A stretch of 64,000 nt of DNA. Source: Candidatus Poribacteria bacterium. GTDB taxonomy: Bacteria; Poribacteria; WGA-4E; PCPOR2b. The stretch's first letter is position 1. Every line of letters begins with the position of its first letter. Shown here one piece after another: positions 10,932 through 21,786 of the stretch. The translations under genes were made by a program, and so were the position numbers. The notes under the pieces were generated by a model. It was given only the letters and a program-made list of their open reading frames with translations, was not told the DNA's origin and did not search any database. Location: positions 4,192,001 to 4,256,000 of the forward strand of contig OZ240245.1 in NCBI GenBank assembly GCA_965198175.1. Reading direction: 5' to 3'.

Positions 10932-12287
10932 ATGGCGATACAGTTTCGTTTAGCAGCTCTCGGCCATACCATGGAAACAGGGCGTATCGTCGAGTGGCAT
11001 GCAACTGAGGGTAGCAAAATCGAGGAAGGTCAGCTACTCGTATCGATCGAGACCGACAAAGCTGTCGTCGATGTTGAATCCCCCGTCAGCGGTGTGATGC
11101 TGCGCCTCGTCGGTCAGGTCGAGGGTGAATACAACGTAGGCGATACCTTGGCTTGGATTGGTGAAGAGGGCGAGAAAGTGCCGGAAGTATCCGTGGAACA
11201 GCCCAAGGCGCCGGTCGCCGATCGCCAAGAAGGGTCTCGCGTAACCCCAGTAGCGCAGCGGCTCGCCGAACGGCACGGCATTGACGCCGAAACATTACAG
11301 GGCACCGGTCCGGGGGGGCGGGTGACCAAGGAAGATGTACAGCGCGCACGAGACGCCGGCGTTCCCAGTAAGGAAAAAGCAGCCGACGAGATTCCGCCGA
11401 AGGCATCAGTTGCCGAACGCCCTGCACGGTCGCAGGTTACTCCCGTAGCACAGCGGCTCGCTGAACGGCACGGCATTGACGCAGAAACATTACAAGGTAC
11501 TGGTCCGGGCGGACGAGTAACCAAAGAAGACGTACAGCGTGCAATAGATGCAGGAACGCCCACCAAGGAAAAAGCAGCTGACGAAACTCCGACCCATGGC
11601 GTCGATGTCATTCCGCTTACAGGCATCCGCCGTACCACTGCCGAGCGCTTGGGTACAATGTGGTCCAAGGCACCGCATGTCACCGAAGGGATCGAAGTGG
11701 ATTTCAGCGCAATACAAGCTGCACGAGCATCAAACTCGGATGCGTGGCGCGACACCCACGGCGTCGCCCCGACAATTAACGACTTTGTACTGAAAGCCAC
11801 CGTCGAAGCGTTGAAACTCCACCCCCGGCTTAACGCAGCACTGATTGACGGCGCAATACACCAATATCACGACATCAACTTGGGGGTCGCCATCGACATC
11901 GAAGCTGGGTTGGTCGTACCGGTGATTCGTAGCGCTGGCACCCTCGACGTAGTAAAGATCGCAAGCAAGGTCAGAGAACTCGCGGATCGCGCCAGAGCGG
12001 GAAAACTGTCGCCCGATGACTTTGCGGACGGCACGTTTACCGTCACTAATCTCGGTGGCTTGGGCGTGGATTGGTTCACGCCTGTCCTCAACCCACCGCA
12101 GTGCGCTATCCTAGGCGTCGGTCGGGTTCGTCGGGTTGCGGTGTTTGCGGGTGAGTCGATTGTAGCACAAGACCGAGCAACGCTGGTTCTCACCTTCGAC
12201 CACCGGGCAATAGACGGTGCCCCCTGTGCCCGCTTCCTCGGAGATTTACGAGGGCTAATCGAAGCCCCTGAGTCGCTGCTGCCCTAA
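10932..12287 (+). CDS. Dihydrolipoamide acyltransferase E2 with two peripheral-subunit-binding domains
   Basis: Lipoyl ETDKA; duplicated VTPVAQRLAERHGID…GTGPGGRVTKEDV; catalytic DHRAIDG. Confidence 0.95.
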   Translation: MAIQFRLAALGHTMETGRIVEWHATEGSKIEEGQLLVSIETDKAVVDVESPVSGVMLRLVGQVEGEYNVGDTLAWIGEEGEKVPEVSVEQPKAPVADRQEGSRVTPVAQRLAERHGIDAETLQGTGPGGRVTKEDVQRARDAGVPSKEKAADEIPPKASVAERPARSQVTPVAQRLAERHGIDAETLQGTGPGGRVTKEDVQRAIDAGTPTKEKAADETPTHGVDVIPLTGIRRTTAERLGTMWSKAPHVTEGIEVDFSAIQAARASNSDAWRDTHGVAPTINDFVLKATVEALKLHPRLNAALIDGAIHQYHDINLGVAIDIEAGLVVPVIRSAGTLDVVKIASKVRELADRARAGKLSPDDFADGTFTVTNLGGLGVDWFTPVLNPPQCAILGVGRVRRVAVFAGESIVAQDRATLVLTFDHRAIDGAPCARFLGDLRGLIEAPESLLP

Positions 12288-12443
12288 CTTCCCACCAAGA
12301 AAATCCTGCCGACGACGCCCCTGAAAAAGATTAAACTTGCACCCCACAGGAAACGCCTTCGCACTATCAGAAACCTAGTTGTCTAAGAAGTCACTCGAAG
12401 CGCGCAGAGTGGACTGGTCGTCTTTGGAAAACCGACCAACAGC

Positions 12444-12680
12444 AGGGCAACGGCAAGCGTTGCCCCTACAAAAATTATCCAAATCCAAATGTAGGGCCAG
12501 GTCTTGTGCCTGCCCACAGTTAATTGTAGGTAAGGTTGAGCAATCAACCGACCGAATAGTTTTCGTAGGTTGGGTAGAGCGATCAAGCGAACGAATAGTG
12601 AGCGCGATAGTCTTCACCTCCACAACCGGTAAAAATAGATATTTAGCCCGTAAATTTGTTATGATGTAGCGAAACCCAAC
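12444..12680. repeat. Cluster of GTAG-type REP-like palindromes
   Basis: GTAGGGGCAACGCTTGCCGTTGCCCT (minus strand, 12444-12469); GTAGGGCCAGGTCTTGTGCCTGCCC (12491-12515); GTAGGTTGGGT…ACCCAAC (12565-12680). Confidence 0.65.
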
Positions 12681-12729
12681 GCTTTTTCTGTCTATTCTTG
12701 TGAAAATGTCGAAATCCGAGAAGATAAAG

Positions 12730-15700
12730 ATGAACCAACCCAAAGACGAAATCAAGAATGCCCTACAACGTTTTAGCGATAGGAATCTCGCCGAAAACGC
12801 CCGCAATCTCCTCAATACGCTCGGCTACCGTAGCCAAAGGACGCTATCCCTTGAACCGAACACCGCCGATGGATTTGTTGAGCATTTCGATCCGCATAAT
12901 ACGATAAACCGGGAGCGGGCGCAGATGAGTGAGTGGGAATCCATCGATTTCCTGTTTCAACTGACAGACGACGAAATCACCCTGAGCAACCAGACCACGC
13001 TTGGCTTCGAGGGCAGCGGGGTCGATCAGAACCGCTATGAATCCTACCTCTTCTTCGCTCTAAAACTACAGAATCGCGACTACACCCGCACCCAATTGTC
13101 GGACATCGCCCGGGAAATCAACAAACTGCTCATGATACCCGCCATGGTCATGTTCCAGCACCGCGATGCCCTCACCTTCGCTGTAATCGACCGCCGGTTG
13201 CACAAGCGCGACGAATCCAAAGATGTCCTCGAAAAAGTCACCCTCATCAAAGACATCAACGTCGCCGACCCCCACCGCGCCCACATCGACATCCTATTCG
13301 ACCTGTCGCTCAGTGAGCTGCACCGCCAGCATGGTTTCACGGATTTTCCGGGGCTTCATGAAGCTTGGAAAAAGACGCTCGACACCGAAGTGCTCAACAA
13401 GCAATTTTACCAAAGGTTGTTCAACTGGTTTGTATGGGCGGTCAATGAGTCAAGATTTCCCGAAAAAGAGAACCGAATATTGAAACCCGAACAGCATGTC
13501 ATCCGGTTCATCACGCGCTTGCTTTTCGTCTGGTTTATTAAGGAGAAGAGACTGGTTGCGGACGAACTATTCGACGAAACGGAAGTTGCCTGTTTGTTGA
13601 AGGACTACAACCGTAACACCGGCGATTCCTACTACCGTGCGGTGCTACAGAACCTGTTTTTCGCCACGCTGAACACCGAGATAGGGAAGCGTAAGTTTAG
13701 CACAGAGAAAAACGCTACGCATCGCAACTTTTCACGCTATCGTTACAAAAGCCAAATCAATAATCCCGATAAACTGCTGGGACTATTCGCCCAAACGCCG
13801 TTCATCAACGGAGGCTTGTTCGATTGTTTGGACAGCGAGGAGGCAACAGATGACGGCGGTTACCGCATCGACTGTTTTTCGGATAAACATTACAAGCGGT
13901 TGAGTATTCCCAACCGTCTCATTTTCGATGAGGAGGATGGTCTGTTTCCCTTGCTGAAACACTACAAGTTCACTGTTGAGGAAAACACGCCGATTGAGCA
14001 GGAGGTCGCGCTGGACCCCGAACTCCTCGGCAAGGTGTTTGAGAACCTGCTGGCAGCATACAATCCGGAAACCGGCGAGTCTGCCCGCAAACAGACCGGC
14101 TCCTACTACACCCCGCGCCCAATAGTGGACTATATGGTAGAAGAGGCATTGGTAGCAACGCTGGCTCAACGGGTAAACCCATCGGATGGCGATGTGAGTT
14201 TGTGGGAAGAGCGCTTGCGCTATCTGCTGGATTACGCGATGGCATTCGACGATGCGAGCGAATAGTTTGATGACGATGAGAAAGACGGACTTGTACGGGC
14301 GGTGTCGGAACTCAAGATACTCGACCCCGCGGTCGGATCCGGCGCCTTTCCGATGGGTGTGCTGCACAAACTAACCCTCGCGCTCCGGCGGCTTGACCCG
14401 GATAACAGACGGTGGGAACAGTTACAGAGGGAACGGGCAATACAGCGAGCGGAAGTCGCATTTGATACGAAAGACGACAGGACACGGCGCGAGGAACTCG
14501 TCGAAATCGACGAAACCTTCAAGCGGTATCGGGATTCGGATTTCGGACGGAAGTTGTACCTCATTCAGAACAGTATCTTCGGTGTGGATATTCAATCCAT
14601 TGCTTGCCAAATCGCCAAACTCCGCTTCTTCATCTCCCTTGCCATTGAGCAGGTGCCGCATAACGACGCGGAAAACTTCGGTATCAAGCCGTTGCCGAAT
14701 CTGGAGACACGCTTCGTCGCAGCGAACACGCTAATCGGTCTCAAAGGCGAACGAACCCTAACTAGTCCCAAAGCGAAGGCTTTAGAGCAGGCATTAGCTG
14801 ACAACCGCGAGCGGCATTTCCACGCAACGACACGTCCGAAAAAACTGGTGTGTAAGCGGGAGGACAAGAAGTTGCGGCGAGAATTAGCGACAGAATTAAA
14901 GCATGTCGGTATGCCTGACGATGATGCGGAAAGAATTTCCCATTGGGACCCCTACGACCAGAATGCGAGCGCGGCTTGGTTTGACCCAGAATGGATGTTC
15001 GGCATTGCGGACGGATTAGATGTGGTGATTGGGAATCCGCCTTACATTAGCCACGATAAAATCGCGGTACGGCTTAAAGCCATACTTAAGGATTATTATC
15101 AATCTTACCAGTCGTTTGCGGATGTGTATTGCTATTTCATTGAGAAGGCGATAATACTGCAAAAACAGAGAGGCGTGCTTAGCTTAATTACTTCAAACTC
15201 ATACTTGAGAGCAGAATATGGAGCACCAATTCGAAAGACACTGCGAGGTACAAACACGTTGCAAAGACTGTTAAGTATTGAGGATTCTCAGGTATTCGAG
15301 AGTGCAATCGTTAATGTGGCAATAATAATATCTCGCAGGTCAACGAATCCCGAGGACAACAATTGTGTTGTCGTTAACGCGCCATACTCTGGTGATAGCT
15401 TTGCCGACTTTATTCAACGGAACGGATTTAATTATCCTCAGGCGTATTTTAATGCAAAGTCTTGGAATCTTGTGGAACCTAGGAGTGTCGATCTGCAAAG
15501 GAAACTTGAGTCAGCAGGAAAAACCCTCAGTCAGCTAAAGACGAAAATCCGACTAGGTATCGCTACCGGCAGCAATGAAGCTTTCCTGATAGGTGAAGCG
15601 AAGAAAAAAGATCTTTGTGAGAAAAACCCTGCCAATGCCGAAATTATAAAGCCCATTTTGAGAGGGCGAGATATTTCTCGCTACAGTTACACGTTAGCAG

Positions 15701-16284
15701 GGCAATACATTTTACTAGCAAAAAATGGAATCAATGTTGAACGAGATTATCCTGAGATTTATGAACATTTAGATTCATTTGGGGATAGGTTCAAAAATCG
15801 CGGCGCACAAGGACAGCACTGGACAAATCTGAGAGCTTGTTCATTCTACGACGACTTCAAAAAAGAAAAGATTGTGTGGATTGAATTGACAGATTCGGGA
15901 CGATTCGCTCTCTGTGATGAGGAAGTCTATTTATTGAACTCAGCGTATTTTCTGCTGCCGCCGCCGGACGTGGAGTCAAAGTTTCTGCTAGGTATCCTAA
16001 ATTCAAGCACAATTCGGTTTTACTTGGGTCTCATTGCAGAAACAAGTGGGATGGGAACAAGCCGTTGGATTAACAATTATGTGAAAGACTTTCCAATACC
16101 GGTTGTTGCCCGTGACCAACAGACTAGCATAATCAAACTTGTCAATCAAATTATCGCCACCAAACGCACTGATCCGGACGCCGATGTATCCGAACTTGAA
16201 AATGAGATTGATCAGGTGGCATACTCACTGTATGATTTAACGCTTCAGGAGATTGCGATTGTAGAGGAAGCGGAAAATGTCTGA
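12730..16284 (+). pseudogene. Eco57I/type IIG-like N6-adenine DNA methyltransferase with TaqI-like TRD, interrupted by an in-frame TAG at 14263-14265
   Basis: The two ORFs share a frame; GSYYTPR lies before the stop; ILDPAVGSGAF and VIGNPPY lie after it; C-terminal LYDLTLQEIAIVE. Confidence 0.85.
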
Positions 16285-16370
16285 ATCACGGATTAAACAG
16301 ATGAAGCGGATAACGCGGATTTTTTGAATCCGTGTAATCCCTGAATCCGTGATAATCTGCGATTCTGACA
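16278..16370. repeat. AATCC-periodic imperfect palindromic repeat (full copy)
   Basis: TGTCTGAATCACGGATT…AATCTGCGATTCTGACA; the left arm contains the methyltransferase stop codon. Confidence 0.75.
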
Positions 16371-16496
16371 GTGAGAGGATTGGGATTGTGGAAGATCAAA
16401 TGAATAATTCTATAAACTTCAAAGACTTTTATGTAGATATGTTACAATTTAAAACTTAACCTACTTAAATATCGCGCTCGAAAAAGCAAAGATGTG

Positions 16497-18467
16497 ATGG
16501 TAAATACAATCCCGAAGGCATTTTTTGCGTATCCATCAAGGGCACCGACCCTAAAGGAAGCTATTGATGTAGCTGTTCCTGAACTAAATAAAAAGGGGCA
16601 AGTCAAAATTAAGACTTGGGAACAATGTAATATCGGTGGAAAGTTTGTTATTGAGACTATTTGTGATGCGATTGATGAAGCCCAACTTTTCTTTGCTGAC
16701 TTAACAGGGTTGAATGCCAATGTGATGTTTGAGCTCGGCTATGCTATAGTCCGTGGCAAACGAATATGGCTGATACTTGATGATACATATACAGAAGCAA
16801 AGAACATGTTTGAGCAGGTGAAAATTTTAACAACGGTTGGGTACGTTTCGTGCTGCAATTCGCAAAACATTGTTTCGGGATTCAATAAGGACAAACCTTT
16901 TGCAGACATAGAGAGCAAAATTTTTCGTGCACCAATAGAACCTAATCTGAAACCGTATAGCATTTTGTACCTGAAGAGTCAGCATGAAAATCAAGCAGCT
17001 CTCTGCATATCTAATTTACTTCAGGAAAGATTTCCGGAAAAAATTATTGTTGATGCCCCTAATAAACCTGCTGTTCAGTCATTAGCAGACTATGGCGATC
17101 TTGTCTGTGGCTGTAATGGCTTGATTAGCCACTTTACAAGTCCTGCAAGAGAAGGTGCATACCTTCACACTGCTCAACACGCATTGATTTGTGGTATGGC
17201 TCATGGCTTTAACAAACCCTTACTTATGCTTGCTGAAGGTCAATTTCCGTCTCCCATCGATTATCGCGATTTCCTTAAACATTATGATAATGCATCTCAA
17301 TCACTTGGATATTTGAAGGAATGGCTACCCCGTGTCGAGCAGGATTTGAAAGTTAACCAAGAAGAAACTGCAGCTCCACGAAAGATATTCATTACCTATG
17401 CACATCAGGATACAGAATCACAGCAAAAGTTGAAAACGCATCTTGCTGTCATGGAAAGGGAAGGAAAGATCAAGGTTTGGGACGATAGCGAAATTCTTTC
17501 GGGCGCCGAATGGTTTAAAGACGTTTCCAATAACCTTGCCAATTCAGATATTCTACTCTACCTTGTTTCCCCTCAAAGTCTTGCTTCTGACAATTGCAAC
17601 AAGGAACTAGCCGTAGCATTACATGTAGAGGCAAGAATCATCCCTATCATCCTCGAGGATTGTGATTGGTTGAATCATCAACTCAGTAACCTTCAGGTCC
17701 TGCCCGACACAGGCAAGCCTATTAATAAATGGCAACTTGAGAGCAATGGTTGGCAAAATGTTATAGACCGTATCCGCCAGGTCGTTGACAATATGCAACT
17801 TCAGATGGATTTGCCGTCTAGGACAACTGAAAAAGAGCAGCCTGTTGAATATGCTGAGGACTATTTCAATCGCGGTAATACTTACCATAACAAGGGCAAT
17901 TTTGACCGAGCTATTAATGAATATACGAAAGCAATAGAACTGAAACTTGATTATACGGAAGCCTATTACAATCGCGGGAATGCTTACCACAGAAAAGGCA
18001 ATTTTGACCGAGCTATTGATGAATATACAAAAGCAATAGAACTGAAACTCGACTATGCTAATGCCTATAATAATCGTGGTGTTGCTTACTACAATAAAGG
18101 TGATTATGAGAAAGCAATTGTAGACTTTAACAGAGCGATAGATCTGAGACCAGATGATGCCAAATCCTATTTTGGTCGTGGCGATGCTTACGCTGATAGA
18201 GGCGAGTTTGCCAAGGCTGTCGATGACTATAACACAGCGCTAGGACTGAACTCTAGCTTTGCCCTAGTCTACTATAAGCGTGCTGTGGTGTGGTTGCGTC
18301 TAATGCACTGGACCGAAGCGAGAGCAGACCTAATGATCGCTAGAAATATGGGGGGAGATATCATTACACTATTTCGTCACGACTACGTAAGCGTCCAGGA
18401 CTTTGAGCAGAGGAATGGAGTTCAACTTCTGGCAGACATCGCCGCAATGCTAACCCCCCAGCAATAA
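16497..18467 (+). CDS. Nucleoside-2-deoxyribosyltransferase-like + TIR + TPR protein
   Basis: N-terminal ADLTGLNANVMFELGYA; TIR IFITYAHQD…WDD…SLASDNCNKE; about 5 TPRs. Confidence 0.8.
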   Translation: MVNTIPKAFFAYPSRAPTLKEAIDVAVPELNKKGQVKIKTWEQCNIGGKFVIETICDAIDEAQLFFADLTGLNANVMFELGYAIVRGKRIWLILDDTYTEAKNMFEQVKILTTVGYVSCCNSQNIVSGFNKDKPFADIESKIFRAPIEPNLKPYSILYLKSQHENQAALCISNLLQERFPEKIIVDAPNKPAVQSLADYGDLVCGCNGLISHFTSPAREGAYLHTAQHALICGMAHGFNKPLLMLAEGQFPSPIDYRDFLKHYDNASQSLGYLKEWLPRVEQDLKVNQEETAAPRKIFITYAHQDTESQQKLKTHLAVMEREGKIKVWDDSEILSGAEWFKDVSNNLANSDILLYLVSPQSLASDNCNKELAVALHVEARIIPIILEDCDWLNHQLSNLQVLPDTGKPINKWQLESNGWQNVIDRIRQVVDNMQLQMDLPSRTTEKEQPVEYAEDYFNRGNTYHNKGNFDRAINEYTKAIELKLDYTEAYYNRGNAYHRKGNFDRAIDEYTKAIELKLDYANAYNNRGVAYYNKGDYEKAIVDFNRAIDLRPDDAKSYFGRGDAYADRGEFAKAVDDYNTALGLNSSFALVYYKRAVVWLRLMHWTEARADLMIARNMGGDIITLFRHDYVSVQDFEQRNGVQLLADIAAMLTPQQ

Positions 18468-18488
18468 GCATCACCGGCAATGTTTTTT

Positions 18489-18616
18489 AATCCGTGTAAT
18501 CCCTGAATCCGCAATAATCTGCGATTCAGACAGAAAAAAATCACTATAGTGGAGAAACCGACCCATCACCCCAAAATCCTGAGAATCCTAAAATCCAGTA
18601 AATCCTGATTCAGACA
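18489..18616 (+). repeat. Two AATCC-periodic half-repeats ending GATTCAGACA
   Basis: 18489-18532 is nearly identical to 16327-16370; a variant lies at 18575-18616. Confidence 0.75.
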
Positions 18617-18627
18617 GAGGAAAGAGA

Positions 18628-21600
18628 ATGAACAAACCACTAAAAGCATTCATTACCTATTCGCATGAGGACGAACAGAAAAGGAAAAAATTGAGGACAT
18701 GTCTTGCTGTTATGGAGCGGAAAGGCGAGATAAAACATCGAGATGATACTGACATCACTGCAGGTGGCAAAGCCCGTCAGGAAGACATTCTCAAAGAAGT
18801 TGCCAATTCGGATATGCTTCTCTACCTTGTTTCTGCTGCGAGTCTTGCATCTAAAAATTGTAATAAGGAATTGACCGAGGCCGTGAGGGTAGGAAGCCGA
18901 GTCCTCCCTATAATCCTTGAGAGTTGTGATTGGCTGAATGATCGACTCAGCGACTTTCAGGCCCTTCCCGACAAAGGCGAGCCTATTAACAAATGGGATA
19001 CTGAGGAAGATGGTTGGCAAAACGTTGTGGACGGTATTCGAGAAGCCGTGGAAGAAATGCAAACTCAATCGAATTCGTTGTCCGAGACATCTGAAAAGGC
19101 ATTACGCGCTGAATTGGCGTTCCAACACGGTAACGTTTTCATGATGATCGGGCAAATCAATATGGCAATAGAACACTACTCACATGCAATTGAGCTCAAC
19201 CCCAATAACGCCTCTACCTATAACAATCGTGGTGTTGCTTACGACAAAAAAGATGATTACGACCGTACCATTGAAGACTATATGCAGGCAATACAACTAA
19301 AACCAGATTTTGTCGAAGCGTACTGCAATCTCGGAAGGGTCTACTGCAACAAGGACGATTTTGACCGTGCCATCGAAGAGTGCAACAAAGCGATAGACCT
19401 GAATCCTAACTTTGCTGATACCTATAACAGCCGCGGGACTGTTTACTACAAAAAAGGCGATATTGACCGCGCTATCGTAGATTTAAATATGGCTATACGA
19501 CTGAATCCCAATCATGCTGGGGCTTATAACAATCGTGGTTTGGCTTATAGTGATAAACGCGATTTTGACCATGCCATCGGAGACTATAACACAGCGATAG
19601 AACTGAAACCCAATTATACCAATGCCTACTACAATCGGGGCTTGACTCACAGTAATAAAGGCGATTATAACCGTGCTATTGTCAATCTTACCAAAGTTAT
19701 ACAGCTCAAAAGCGATTTTGCTGAAGCCTATTACAATCGAGGAAATGCCTACAGTAATAAAAACGATTTTGACCATGCCATCGGAGACTATAACACAGCG
19801 ATAGAACTGAAACCCAATTATACCAATGCCTACTACAATCGGGGCTTGACTCACAGTAATAAAGGCGATTATAACCGTGCTATTGTCAATCTTACCAAAG
19901 TTATACAGCTCAAAAGCGATTTTGCTGAAGCCTATTACAATCGAGGAAATGCCTACAGTAATAAAAACGATTTTGACCATGCCATCGGAGACTATAACAC
20001 AGCGATAGAACTAAATCCCAATTATACCAATGCCTATTACAATCGCGGGGTAGCTTACAGCGATAAAGGCGATTTTGACCGTGCCATCGCAGATTTGAAC
20101 AAAGCCATAGAACTCAAACCAAATCTCGCCGACGCCTATTACAATCGCGGGGTTGTTTACGGCATCAAAGGCGATCAGGACCGTGCTATCCAAAACTATA
20201 CAACGGCGATAGAACTGAAACCAGACTACGCCATCGCCTATAACAATCGCGGTTTGGCTTACGGGGGGAAAGGAGAGTTTGAGCGTGCCATAGTAGACTT
20301 AAACAAAGCGCTACAACTCAAACCCAAATTTGCTGCGGCATATAACAATCGCGGACTTATCTATCGCGAAAAGGGTGATTATGACCTTGCTATTGAGGAT
20401 TGCAACCGGGCGATGCAACTCAAAGACGATTATGCTGAACCTTACAGCAATCGAGGGGCGGCGTACCGTGACAAGGGTGAGTTTGACCGCGCTATTGAAG
20501 ACTATAACAAAGCCATACAACTCAATCCCGATTTTGCTGACGCCTATTTCAATCGCGGGGCTGCTTACAACGATATAGGCGATGTTAACTGCGCTATCGT
20601 AGACTATACGACAGCGATAGGACTGAACCCTTACCTCGCCCCAGCCTATAACAATCGCGGGGCTGTTTACAGCGATATAGGTGAGTTTGACCGTGCTATC
20701 TTAGACCTTAACAAGGCAATAGAACTCCAACCGAACGTTGCCGAGCCCTACAACAATCGCGGCAATGGTTACCGCAATATAGGCGAGTTTGACCGCGCTA
20801 TTGAAGACTATAACAAAGCCATACAACTCAATCCCGATTATGCTGAGCCCTATAACAATCGCGGGGCTGTTTACAGCGATATAGGCGAGTTTGACCGCGC
20901 CATCAGAGACTATAATGCGGTGATAGAACTCCAACCAAACCTTGCCGATGCCTATTACAATCGTGGAGAGGCTTACGGTGTTAAAGGCGAGTTTGACCGC
21001 GCTATTGAAGACTATAACAAAGCCATACAACTCAATCCCGATTTTGCCGATGCCTATAATAATCGTGGCATTGCTTACTACGACAAAGGCAATTTCGACT
21101 GGGCTATAGAAGACTATGACAAGGCGATACAACTGAATCCAGGGCTTGTTCAATCCTATAACAATCGCGGCAACGCTCACCGCAACAAAGGAGATTATGA
21201 CCGTGCCATTGAAGACTTTAACAAAGCACTTGCGCTGAAACTGGATTATGCCGAGCCGTTTAATAATCGTGGTAATGCCTACAGTGCGAAAGGCGAGTAT
21301 CACCACGCTATTGCGGACTATAACAAGGCGATAGAGTTGAAACCGGAGTTAGCCAAGCCCTATAGCAATCGTGGCGTTGCTTACTACAAACAAGGCAATT
21401 ATGCTTGTGCCATCAATGACTATAACAAGGCGATACAACTCAAACCAGATTATGCCGACGCCTATTACAATCGTGGCGAGGCGCGGTTACACTTTAGAGA
21501 ATGGGAGAAAGCCAAATTAGACCTGACCGTTGCCGAGGCGATGGGGATAAATATCGTCACGGCGTTTCGTAACGATTATGCAAGTGTCCCGGACTTCGAG

Positions 21601-21786
21601 CAGAGGCATGGCGTGAAACTGCCGGAAAACATTGCTGCAATATTGACCCCCCGGATAATTACCGCGCGAATAAAAAAAGGATGGGAAGCAACCGACGAAG
21701 TGGCGACCGATGCTGAAATCGCCTTAGACGAGATACTAAGAAACTACGAGCGAGCATGGAAAACTCTAGGCGAACGCGATATTTGA
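18628..21786 (+). CDS. TIR domain + about 24 TPR repeats + C-terminal antitoxin-like tail
   Basis: AFITYSHED…SLASKNCNKE; 34-aa repeats AYNNRG…AIELNP; a 44-aa tail absent from the upstream paralogue. Confidence 0.9.
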   Translation: MNKPLKAFITYSHEDEQKRKKLRTCLAVMERKGEIKHRDDTDITAGGKARQEDILKEVANSDMLLYLVSAASLASKNCNKELTEAVRVGSRVLPIILESCDWLNDRLSDFQALPDKGEPINKWDTEEDGWQNVVDGIREAVEEMQTQSNSLSETSEKALRAELAFQHGNVFMMIGQINMAIEHYSHAIELNPNNASTYNNRGVAYDKKDDYDRTIEDYMQAIQLKPDFVEAYCNLGRVYCNKDDFDRAIEECNKAIDLNPNFADTYNSRGTVYYKKGDIDRAIVDLNMAIRLNPNHAGAYNNRGLAYSDKRDFDHAIGDYNTAIELKPNYTNAYYNRGLTHSNKGDYNRAIVNLTKVIQLKSDFAEAYYNRGNAYSNKNDFDHAIGDYNTAIELKPNYTNAYYNRGLTHSNKGDYNRAIVNLTKVIQLKSDFAEAYYNRGNAYSNKNDFDHAIGDYNTAIELNPNYTNAYYNRGVAYSDKGDFDRAIADLNKAIELKPNLADAYYNRGVVYGIKGDQDRAIQNYTTAIELKPDYAIAYNNRGLAYGGKGEFERAIVDLNKALQLKPKFAAAYNNRGLIYREKGDYDLAIEDCNRAMQLKDDYAEPYSNRGAAYRDKGEFDRAIEDYNKAIQLNPDFADAYFNRGAAYNDIGDVNCAIVDYTTAIGLNPYLAPAYNNRGAVYSDIGEFDRAILDLNKAIELQPNVAEPYNNRGNGYRNIGEFDRAIEDYNKAIQLNPDYAEPYNNRGAVYSDIGEFDRAIRDYNAVIELQPNLADAYYNRGEAYGVKGEFDRAIEDYNKAIQLNPDFADAYNNRGIAYYDKGNFDWAIEDYDKAIQLNPGLVQSYNNRGNAHRNKGDYDRAIEDFNKALALKLDYAEPFNNRGNAYSAKGEYHHAIADYNKAIELKPELAKPYSNRGVAYYKQGNYACAINDYNKAIQLKPDYADAYYNRGEARLHFREWEKAKLDLTVAEAMGINIVTAFRNDYASVPDFEQRHGVKLPENIAAILTPRIITARIKKGWEATDEVATDAEIALDEILRNYERAWKTLGERDI
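19561..20012 (+). repeat. Exact 204-bp tandem duplication (two TPR units) plus a partial third copy
   Basis: 19561-19764 reads identical to 19765-19968. Confidence 0.85.

Noticed and set aside
12375..12815. Short ORFs across the REP cluster
   Set aside because: They are translations of non-coding palindromic repeats.
14263..14265. Pyrrolysine recoding of the methyltransferase amber codon
   Set aside because: No pyl genes in the window, the position is non-catalytic, and many other genes here end with TAG.
18628..21786. Diversity-generating retroelement acting on the TPRs
   Set aside because: No reverse transcriptase and no template/variable repeat pair with adenine-specific differences.
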